Of a stretch of 64,000 nt of DNA, positions 27,401-39,400 are shown in pieces. Numbering within the stretch: position 1 is the first letter of the stretch; every line of letters starts with the position of its first letter. Source of the stretch: Convolutriloba macropyga (Eukaryota); contig NC_134474.1 of the NCBI RefSeq assembly GCF_964194025.1, positions 17,670,001-17,734,000 of the forward strand, in the 5' to 3' direction. The notes below the pieces were generated by a model, which was not told the origin of the DNA, made no database searches, and saw only the letters and a list, made by a program, of their open reading frames with translations. Made by a program: the position numbers and the translations under genes.

Positions 27401-30400
27401 TCCGAATCAATTCCTAGGTCATTCGTGGAGCCGACTACTACTCGTCTTTAGTCATATATTCGTTTCAGAATTGGTGCTGAAGAGCGGCCTGGATAGCTTC
27501 AGTATCCTTCACGTATTACGCGTATTAATAGCGGTGGTGAATCAGCCGGTATGGACCGCTGCATAGTGTATTAAATAATACACAGCAGTATTTGGCTATG
27601 AATAATGTATTCATTCACTCAACGCAATTCACGCAGCATAGCTCTCTCTTAATATTCCGTCAGTTTAGACTAAGTCTAAAGTGTTCACAAAGTCGACGGT
27701 TAAATAATTATACTCTCTGTAGTATCGGTAATTGCGGCGGCAATTATCCAATTAGCAATACTACAGCTCACCCCGGTTTAAAGAAGAGAAAAATTGTGCT
27801 CTATCGTACAAAGTTTACATTAAGAGTATTAAAGAAACGATAATAGTGTTTACAAAAAGTTGCAAAGTGAAAAGCAACATATTAAGGGAAATAATACTTT
27901 TAAAAGTTACGACTTTGCGATACTGATGAGGGTTACTAGGTATAGAATTTTAAACAAATTTGCAGTTTACATATTAGTTTACAAATAGAGACTGGATAGC
28001 AAATACACCAGTTATGAGACTAATAAGATTTAAGAACCGGTTGGTGATTAGGAGTAGAAATACTAGAATATATGCTCGTTGGAGAAGTTTACAAAAGTTA
28101 AGACTATTAAGATCAATGGACAGCAATGATACTGTGCGACAAAATTAGTAGCCTTTAAATGGAAAATTTCATGAGACACATAAACAAAGTGATAGTGAAA
28201 GAGTTGTTACAAGTACAGCAAAGACGAAAATGAGTCTTAGAATATTAATGTGAAAGGAAGTTTACAAAATCAGAAATCAATGTTAATTGTTCTTTATAAA
28301 TTTTAGCGCTTTCAATTCTTTTGCAAGGCTTTGATTGGCTTCAATGAGCTCATTTGACTTCCTGATTAGAGTTTTCAGCTGGGTATCTCTAATTTCTAAA
28401 GTTTTTGAACAAACGACCAGCTTTTTTCTCATTATCTCTTTCTCGTTGTTGGTTGTCTTTGCAGAGATTTGGAGAGCGCTCAGTTGGCTCTGAAGGTCTG
28501 CTAGAGCATTCTCTGACTCCCAGAGTTGTTTCCGGAATGTGGAGTTCTCAACCACTAGATCTGTGGTGGAAATTGTTTCGGCCATGTTTGTGTTTTCTGG
28601 GAAGGCTGTAAGGTTGGAAAAAGGGACGTGCATCCTACAGCCTAGCGTCTTGTGAGCCACTTCATATGACCTTTCGTTGGCATTTCGGGAGCGAAGTCTC
28701 CACAGGTTCATTGCCGGTACCAACGAAAAGTCAGGAATCACCGGTAGGGTGTCGGTGGGAACAGTGATCGTCTGGCCGGTAACTTTATTTTTGATCACTG
28801 TTTCCTCTGACAGACACCATTGGTTACAGTCCATTGTGAGGGAATAATCCAACGACTTAACGAATTTTGGATTGTTGTCTAACGGATGCATCTCTCTCAT
28901 CCGTTGGTGCTCCAGCCTCTCTTCCTTCAAAGGAAAATCTCTTCCCTTGGGCAATCCGTCGTCTATGGAACTGTGAATAGGCTGAAGAGGTGCTTGATGA
29001 GAGTTGCTTTTAACTGTGGTTTGTTGATGTTGATGGGGCTCATGCTGTTGTCGGTATTGTTGTTGATGTTGGTGTTGATGTTGTTGTTTATGTTGTTGTT
29101 TGTTGAGATGACCACGTTGACGCGGATGGATTGCTCTAGGCTTCTTTGCTAAAGGTGGAAGATCAGCCATCCAGTTGGTCAATGGGTCATACTGCTCCAC
29201 TGGCAATGTGGGGGTTGCGGTCTGGTGGGATCTTTTCGACATCTTGTCAAACATAAATATAAATACACTTACAAATAAAGATTAAAACGAAATCTAGTTG
29301 TGCTGAAAAGAAAACAATCGTACTTTTAAAGGTACCAACAAAATCATACTCTTAGAGTACAGAATTGCAATCACACATTATGTGCAGAATCAATTTGCGA
29401 AGCTCCCACCGGGGTGGAAAGAAAGAAAAGAAAAAATCGAAGGAATTGAAATTTTGAAAACAATCTCCGTTTTAAAAATCGGAATATCCTATTAACAAAA
29501 AATTTAATTGTTTAGAAGCTTTGAATCAGATTGTGTCAGATTTAACTGACTAAATCGGGTTTCGGACCTCGTGGCTCCCCTCCGTGCGACGACCCGCGCA
29601 GCTGGGTTTTTTGTGTTGCAGTATATAACTGCTAGTGGTGAAGGGTCGTTAGATGAGGAGAAGGATGAGGACTTCTAGGAGGAGGCCAACAGAGAGGGTG
29701 ACGATAAAGGAGAGAAGAAGAAGAATTGGGACGTAAATGGGGTGCATTTGCATTGTTTAACAGCTTTCCGACCAAACGTCGTGAGGGTTGATCTTCTTCA
29801 GACAAATGGGGCAATTATGTTTATCTTGGGCACAGGGTTTGCACACAAAATGTCCAAGGTCCTGGTGACATTTTATGTGCGGGTGAGTTGAGGAGGTGAC
29901 ACATTTCTTTAGTTGATTGCAGCAGAAGCATCGGTAGTAAAAACTAATGGATACGGTGTAAATATGGCGGAGGCAAAGGGGGCAATTTGGTTGGGAAGAA
30001 TGTTTGAAGAGGTTAGTTCTGCAATCAGTGCAAACTAGATGAGGGGGTTGGTCTCCGTCCGAAGGGTGCAGTTTTTTCCAGCATGATGTAATTCGTAAAC
30101 AAATGGGACATTCATCATGATACTCGACAACAGGGGGGCGTGATGAACTTTGGAGGGGAAAAACTATTCGAAAGGAAAAATAATTTCCCATTTTAAAAAT
30201 CTCGGGATGGATAGATAGTTTCGTTATTAAGGTTATTTGGGAGATTTGATTGACCTAATTTTAATACGAGCGACTTTTCTTTTTCAAAAAGAAATTCCAA
30301 TGGGGTGAGAGGGGAGTTAGGGTTTTCATTAAATTTTGTTGAGTGTCAATATTAACATAATAAATTTCTAAGGAAGGGGAGGTATAGTTGTCAGTCTCGG

Positions 30401-33400
30401 TAAAGGAACGTTTAATGTCAGTTATTCTGACTAAATGCTGGTTGAGGTGAAAAATCATAATTACAATAATTTATTGGATTCTGTTGAGATACTTCTAGCA
30501 CATTTAGACTCGTTATCGAGGAGGTAAAAGACATAATCCCAGTAAATTGAAGTGGGGTAGACTGAGAGGGTTGATGTTTTCTGGGTTTTCACGTTCTTCA
30601 AGTTTACTAAAATAAATGCTTGAAGGGAAGGTTCAGTTTCAAAGGTTTTCACGAAGCTGCAAATCTCAACTAGTTCTTGGTTCAAAAGGAAAAACATGAC
30701 TTAAAATAAAGGAATAGGATACTTAATTGTTAATTCTGCGTTAGAAAAGAAGGATAGGAATAGGGATATTTCGAGTATTTGGGGGTGACTAATTTTTAAG
30801 GTTAGATAGTGATTTAAAATGCTGTGGGGTTGTCGAATATAAATAATAAATGAGTTATGGGTTGTGGATAATCCAAGGATAATATATTTTATAATATTTA
30901 ATTTAAGGGTAAGGGATCTATTCTGTATATTAATCATTACCAGTTGGAGATGTCAATGGGAAGCTCGTCTAAATTTTGCTCTGAAAGCATTAAAAAAAGT
31001 TCCAATAAGGGGAAAAAGCTGGTATTTTTATTGAACCTTCGTCCCAAGAGTCTACAAAATCGAACAAAACTTCTAGAGTGGGAGTTACTTGATAGGGAAA
31101 ATGGATAGTAAAGGATCGATTAATTTGATAAGGTCTTACTAAACTGCCTTGGTAGTAAAAGTACATTCCAATACGTTATTCTCGTGCTGATGGAGCTTGA
31201 AGTGTTTGCAATGTACTGTAAATACGTTTGGTTCTCTAAAATGTTTAAGAAATAAAGCAAAATTAGTTAAAACGTATAAAATAGCAAATAAAATAATTAG
31301 TTCCCGAAGGGACTTTTGAAGATCGAGGTGCATCATTTTATAAAAGAAAGTGGATGTTGCTTCCTAAATCTAGTAGACCATATTCACAATCAAGTAAAAA
31401 TTCCTTAAGAGTATAAAATTTTTCGTGGTCTGAATAAATTAATATGTCTACTAAGTCTGAAAATTTGGGTGCGCTAACTTTTAAATGCACTAAGTTTTCA
31501 TAAGCGGGTGTAAAAGAGTAATATATATGTCCGTAAAATTCGTGAAACTTAATAAATAAACCTTTATGGTACTCGGATACAAAAAGATCATTAAAGTTTT
31601 GCATCTCAGATCATAATGCTGAAACAGTTAGGTTTAAACTAATAAGAGTTGGTGAAATGTGATTAATTAAGTATAAAAAGACAAATTGGATGACTGAATT
31701 ATGGGGGAGCAATTGCATTTACTTCTTGCTCAGTAGGAACTTTAGGATAAAGATGTGGTATTTCTTGAATAGGAGGTGATACTACTTCAGGTGCAGTGAG
31801 TGGTGACAATTCAATTTGACTGTTGTCGTGATAGATGTTATTATCTGGTGTGCGCTTGAGGTATCGACTTCTGTTTGGTTCGTTGTTTGTATTGTTATCA
31901 GAATTTTCATCATTTTTAGGAGTTTGATAAATTGATGTGACAATGGAAAGTAGAAACAAATTGTACGAGGCTCCTAGTAGTGTTTTCCAAAAACCAATAG
32001 TGTTTTTCGACAGTTTTTGTATCTCGAAAGCTCTTAAAATAAAAATTACGACATCGATCAAGAACTTGATCAACATGAAACATGCAAATAAAATTCCGGC
32101 TCTTTCTATGTAATAGCCAATTCTCCAAAAGTACTCTTAAAGTGATCAAGGAAAAATGATGGTGACAACATTGAATCTAAGTATAGTCGATTATTGAGAC
32201 CTGCGGCGCGATAGATATCGCGTTGACTACTGTCTACGTGTGCATTTTGAAGCACTGTTTGAGAAATCTTTTTCAAAACTGAATTAGAAGCTGATTTATG
32301 CAAAATTGTTCTCCAAAAATCTTTCAACTGGTTTACAGTGTAGATACCTGCACGACGAGAATCATAATCAGGGATTTTTTGAATATAACCAATTTGTTGT
32401 GGAGCAAAAACAGCGGGCGGTTTAAAAGGAACTGGCGCCGGCATCAACTGATACCAAGAATTATTATTATCTAAATCAAGTTGAAACAAATTTTTGAAAG
32501 TATCTGTACAGTCTATTTCATTTGCAAATGGAAATGTTTGGCGCGTAATAGGATTAACAAACATAGTTTTTCCGTCATAAAAGATCGGAATACGGTCGTA
32601 ACAGCGATCAAGTACTTTAAGCGGTGAAATTTTCTTTGGACACGGATATAGAAAACCTATAACACCTTCAATTTCTAAAAACATTGAACGATTTCCGGTT
32701 AACATGTATCCGGCCAATCTATTGTTTTCGTAAGACAATGCATTGATCATTTGGATTTGAGTGCGTCTGAGCTCGCACATATTTTGTAAAATAAGGAAGT
32801 CAGACTGTTCCAAATCACGATAAATCTTATACATCATGAAATTAATTTTCATACGCATATGAGCATCATAATCGATAGTGTCTTTTCCAACGTTTTCAAG
32901 AATTTTTTTATGATTTCCAAAATGTTGGCTACCAACTAGCTTGTTTTTAGGTGTCTCGTAAAAACCGTTCACCCTTATTTTGTTGTCGGTGCCGACTTGC
33001 ATTTTGTAATAATTAACACTATTTTTCGAAATTACGGTTTTTCCCGTATTCATATCAAATCCGCCTGTGAAGGAAACAAATAAATCATCAAAGTTTGTAA
33101 TAAACAAAGGAGTAGGCTTTCCACAAATATAAATTCTTTCATTATTTATCCTCAGTTTTATGTCTCGCGTGTGGTCTATTTTCATGTTGTTTTGCAAACG
33201 ATAAACATCATTTTGCATGTCGTGCGTACTTATGATGTAGTATTGTGGTGGATCTGGTTCGTTTGTGAACTTTATCATTTTTGCAACTTGAGTGAAAAGT
33301 TTTGTAACAATGCAATTTTCTGGCACATCCCATGAGTAAGCGAAGGGGTCTAGTGATGTTGTTTCACAACCTCCTTCCTTGAGTTCGCATGGAAGTTTTA

Positions 33401-36400
33401 ATCCTAATGGGGTAAAAACTGATTTTGTTTCCTGATCAACTTCGAGTTCAACTCTTTGCATTTGTGTTTCAAAGGAATAAAGTTTTACTTCTCCTGACGC
33501 AGAGCAATCTGTGTTATCTTCTAAGTGGTCGTCCTCATTCAGACCACCGTGTGTGTATTGGTGTTTTAAAACTTCATTTGAAATGTCTAGCTTATAAGTT
33601 CTATCGTACTCTGTTATTGCTATTTTTCCTGTTTTGTTTGCACGTCTGCATTCTTCTGGCGTTACTATGACGTCAGTTGTAAGATAAATTTGGTCATATG
33701 CTAAAGAAGAGTGCGATGAAAATCCACAGTGCCATCTTAAAGCTTGCGATTTTACTCGACACATCACTGCCTCTACTTTTGTTCTGTACGATCTTTGATA
33801 CAGTGTCACCGTTGCAGGTGCAACTTTAATATTTTCCGGTTTAATGTTGCATTGAGCTACTTGATTTAAAGCATACATTTTGCTTTCTTTCATTTTTGAA
33901 CAGTCATAATGAACAACTTTTAACGTAGGGGAGATGTCATCCAACTCATTTCTAACTGAGGGTCTACAAAAAGATACAACAGTAAAGACAAACAAAACAG
34001 TTAAATATTTATAAAGGAAGTTATTGTTTTTCATAATAACTTTATTTTATTAGTGATTGACTGAGTTTTTGGTTTTTTTAGTGTCAGAAAGCTAAGAATA
34101 AGGCTGGAAGAAGTAAGAGAAAAGGTCTCGGAAGTTAATTTTCCGATGATTTGAACCTTTAACGTAAATATATAAGGTAAGATTTAAGTAAATCCCGCTT
34201 GATAGCGAGTAGTAAGTTTTTTCAATCGTCCCGAAATTCGACGATCGATTCGAGATGAACGTTGATCATCCGAGGGAGTTGGGTTTGCTTCGGGTGATTG
34301 TACACGGGTTTGTGTTCTAACCGGGCTGACTCTAATGTCAGGTGGATCTGCAAAACGAATACGTGTTTCGGGATATGGGGTAGAACTTCTAGTTCTACTA
34401 CGACTACGGTTATCAGGTGTTTGTGTGTTATCTACAAACGTAGTTGAAAAACCTTCTTGAAATCCTGAATCAGGTTTTGTTATTGTGGTATTGTTATCTT
34501 CAAATATTTTTTCATGATTATTTTCATTTTGTATGTTATCCGAATTACTTGTAAAATTGTCTACTGGGAAAAATTCAGTTTCAGTATAGGGTTGTTGAAA
34601 GGAAAATTTATTCATTGGCTTATTAAGTTTTTCAACTTGTTTATTCATTAAATTTTTGTAGAATGGTTGGAAGTTTTCATTCCTTAAACCATAGTCAACA
34701 ACTAATTCTGAAATTGCGTTTTCGATTGGGAAGTACTCAATTAGATGGTTTCTATGGGCAACTTTTTTGACAGTTTTGTTTGAAACAAGTTCTATTTCGT
34801 AATTTACATTTGTCAATTTTTTGTTACTTCATACGGTCCTGTTCTTAGTTCATGTAACTTTTTGGATTTTCCGTCCTCGAATGAGTGGTTTTCCATTAAC
34901 ACTAGTTGTCCTACGTCTAAAGGCTTACCTAGTTTATGTTTGTTTCTGTTTTGATGTGCTTTGGAGTTAACTTCTAGGCTTCTGTTGTATGCAGTTTTGT
35001 AAATTTGTTTGAATTGATTTTCACGAGCAAGCAATGAACTACTTAGTTTTGGTTTTAGTAGTTTATCTATTTGATCGTTGTTGCTACTTTGTTCTGAATG
35101 CTTGTGGAGTGGTAAATCTTTGCAAAATTCTGAATTACAAGTTAAATCGGAAGACCTTAATAATCCTAATTTCAGAGAAAGGGGAATTTGGGGCTTTTGG
35201 CCAAAAACGATTTCGTAGGGTGTTAATCCTGTACTAGTGTTTGCTGTTGTGTTATGAGCAAACGCGAACTTTGGTGCTAAGTCACTCCAATTACGATTAG
35301 CTTGTTCAAAAAAGAATCGGAAATGTGTGCCAAGATGTTTGTTTTGGATCTCAACTTTTCCGTTGGTCCAGGGAGAATATGCTGTTCTAGGAGCATGCGT
35401 AATTCCAAGTTCATGAGTCCAACTTGTGAACTCCTCATTCATAAAGGCTGATCCTTTATCATACACAAGTTTTTGTGGGATGCCAAAAGTAAGAAAAAAT
35501 TTCTCAAGTGCTGATATTGTTTCGCTTGCTGATGTTGATGAAACTGGGTAGACTTGGATGTAACGAGAAAAGGAATCAATTACTACTAGGCAATGTTTGT
35601 TTCCGTTCGAAGGTGGATTTATTGGACCTTTGTGATCTATATGTACCGTGTGGAAAGGGAAGGGTACAGTTTCTGTCCATTTTTCAAGTGGTGCTTCATT
35701 TAAGTCTTTGCGTTTTTGTTTATTTTTTTGACAGTCTAAACAATTCGCTATTAAGTGAGAAACCCATTTATATAAACCTGGCCAATAGAAAAAGCGTTTT
35801 ATGCTTGACAATGTTTTATCTTTTCCAGAGTGTCCAGAAAGCGAATCTTGGTGAGCTAAATCAAAAATTTTTAAGAAGACGGATAATGGTGCGCATATTT
35901 TGATGTTTTGAATATTTGGATCTTCAGTTGGTTGTTTAATACATAAAATGTTTCCAATTAGGCAAAGATTTTCAAAATTATTCAAGTACGTTTTCATGGC
36001 TTTTGATTGTCGAAATTTTACATTTTTCTCATCTTTGTTTCCTGATTCAGAAAGTTGTCTTACAGTCTGAATGACTGGGTCTTTGAATTGTTCCTGGCTG
36101 ATTGCTGCTATGTTCAAGTCAATATCTTTAGCAAAACTAGATAATTTCTCGATTAGTTCTTTTCCATCTGAAATTTCGTTATTTTCACAAATTGGTTTTG
36201 CTAGTCGAACACTTGCTATTCTATCAAAGTTTGCTTTGCTTGCTTCAATCTCTTGCTCAAGACTCATGTCATCTATTTCTAAATCTGATAATTCAACAGA
36301 ATCTAACAGAGGATCGTCTTCTGTTGTAGAAAATTTTTCAAAGTGCTCCTTTTCCTTTTCCAAATTATCATCAAATTCTAAAGACAAATCAGAGTAGTAA

Positions 36401-39400
36401 TTTTCACTGTCGTCTTGTTCGCTTAGGATTGGCTCTTTGAGTGGGAATTTTCCGCGATAGTGATTTATTGCATTTCCTTTCAAGAAGGATTCTGATATGT
36501 CCGAAGTTGAACAAATTCGATCACTGGGTTTATAGTTTGTCTGAAAAAATTGTTCATTTTCAAAATTCAGTTTTTTAACTCCTTGAAAAGTTTGTTTTAG
36601 AATGGGGTAGCAATCATTTTTCTGTCCCTTTTCATTGTCATGCAACACGAAGTATTTTTCTTCGTTGCCTGACTCGTCGTAGAATTTAATGTCTTTCGGA
36701 ATTTTTTTGTGTTTCAGTTGATACTTGTCTAAGTCTTTTATCGAGACGTTTCTACTTAGAATGTCTGGAAAGGCTAGGTTTTTGCCTTCTGTCCAAATTA
36801 TTTTTAAGTTTTGGAATTGTGAAATGACAAGTTGATAGCGGAAAAATCGATGAGATAATTTTCCTCTACGTCCCCAAAGATACAGTAGGGGCTTGTGGTC
36901 TGTGTAGAGATAAACTGGATGTGGAGAACCTATTATGTAATGCTCATACGTTTGTAGAGCAGAAATTACGCCACAAAGTTCTCTAGCTGTTGTACTCATT
37001 TTTTGCTCATCTTTTGTGTAAACTCGAGAATTAAATGAAACTATCCGTTTTCCGGTAGGAAATTCTTGAACTAAAATTGAACCAACACCAATTGATGATG
37101 CATCTACATGAACATGGAAGGGGTATCTGGTGTCAGGAATTGCTAAGACTGTATCTTCACTTATACGATCCTTAATTTCTCTGAACAACTTCTCGTGTTC
37201 ATCTGTCCATTGAAAAGTGGTTTCAGTTTTTATAAGATCGTAAAATGGCTTACTGTCTACATGCAGATTCTTTATGTACATGCTGTAAAATCCTAAACAA
37301 CCTAGGACTCGCATTACATCTCGTTTATTCTCAGGTGTCTTTAAGGCTTTGAGATCTTCAACCCTTTTCTTTACTGGTTGAATTCCGTCTTTTCCTACTA
37401 CATGTCCTAAGAATTGTACTTTACGCAAAAAGAATTTTGTTTTCTCAGGTTGAGCTTTCAGTCCTGCTTTGCGTAGCAAAAGATGGTACTTTTTTATGAT
37501 TGCATACATCTCTTCAGCTGTCTGAGCTTGCATGATTGTGTCATCAATATAAGTCACGGCTTGTCTACATTTTATTAAGGGTGCAAAATGGATTGTCATT
37601 ATCCTACTGAAAAAGTTTGGTAGTCCGCAAAGTCCGTAAAAACCACGTTGAAACGTGTATTGTTTTGAACCTATTACGAAACTCGTCAATTGTTGTGTTT
37701 CCTCCGTTAGAGGGACTTGATTATATGCAGAACATAAATCACTTGTAGTGAAGTAGTTTCCGTTTAGTCTAGTCAGTAAAGAACCTATTGGCTCTAGAGG
37801 CCATGAATACTTACTTAGGTCTGTTATTGAGTTTAGATACCTAGCGTCTATTACTAGTTTCACTATGTTTCCCTTTGGAAGGATGATAACGGGATTAATA
37901 AATGACAATCCCATTTCGGTGTCGTCTCCCATTTCTCGAATTATTCCTGCTTTACAGAGCTGATCTAGCAAAATTTCAAGTTTTTCCTGATGGTGCAATG
38001 GCACTCGTGATGGTCTCTGCTTAGTCAAGGTTGAATTTGGTAGAAGTTTTACGTGAAATTTTTGCTTTATTTTGCCAACGTCATACTTGTGCTGAGAGTA
38101 GACGTCCTTGTCTCTGGCAAGAAGTTTCATGAGATCTAGTAATTGTGCATCATTAATGTCAGATTGACTGAAGTCAAATTTTTTGAGAAACTCACGGTCT
38201 GATTTACTAAATATTTCCAGTTTTTCTGGTGGTATTTGTTGTGGTCGAATTTCACCTTCTATTGTTGCTTTTGGTTTTAAGTCTTTTAGATCTTGACTAA
38301 AATCTGTTTCTAATTCATTGTGGTCTGCAAATTCTTTTTCTTGAACCTTTTTCTGAGCTTTTTTCAGCTTTTGTCTAATATCTGTTTTGTCTAATTTCGG
38401 ATTTTCTAAAGTCTGAATTGGGTTTTCGACTTTTTCAGTCACATGAAAGATGTGATTGAAATCTGTTTCAGTTTCTGTTAAGACATCTAAGAACGAGACG
38501 TTATCAATCAGTGTGTACTTTTGTGTTTTTTTGCAAATTTCTTCCAAAGTGTATCCTATTGAACCTTTATCTATTGTTACTTTACGATCACCAGGGTTAT
38601 TTAGCATTATTGGCAACTCTTTTTCTTTTCTTACACAATAGACGTTGTATGTGTAAATACTTTTGCCCTGGAGTCGATTGTCAATTATAAATGATGTTCC
38701 TTGTTTGAAAAATTGGTTTGATGGTGTAATTGTTAGTACTCTGCTAGATTTCGGTGCTAGTTCGAAAGGTCTGTTAAGTACAACTTTTTCAAATTTACTT
38801 ACAAAAGGATAACTTTTTGTTTGATATTTTGAGAGTGTGATTGAGACGTTTGGATAAATTTTTAAGTTCATTTTTGGAGTTGTGAACTCGATTGATTTTG
38901 TTGCAAAATTCAAAAAGTCCATTCCTAGGATGTTTAATTCGCAACCGTTTTTCTCTGAAACCCATGTTTTGAGATCTGTGTAATATTTGCCTTCAATGTC
39001 AAATGAGATTGGGACATGAATGTAGCCTAAGAATTTTAATCGTTCACCGTTGACTGCAATTGTTTTCTGTTTTGACTCAATTAGTTTAACATCAATCAGT
39101 GACTTAAGTTCTTGTAGGAAATCAAAGTTTATTAGGGAACACGTTGCTCCTGTGTCAACTAGAAACTGCGATTCGAAACCGTTATGTTTATTACTGTCTC
39201 CGACGGCGTGAATGTACAAGTTAATAAAAATGTTTGTCTTTTTATTTTTGTACGGAGACTCGTCTAGTTTAAATTAATTTCATCTTGTTGATTGTCCACA
39301 AAGAATCCATTAACTTTATTTTCTCTGAATTGAACTCTGTTTGAGTTACGGTCTCTACTGTTATCTCTAGAATTCTGATTAGAACTGTTACTTCTTCTAT

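Noticed and set aside
29243-29272. GTAAGT...AG 30-nt mini-intron before MSKRSH of ORF L
   Set aside because: Probably too short for a spliceosomal intron, and not testable without transcripts.
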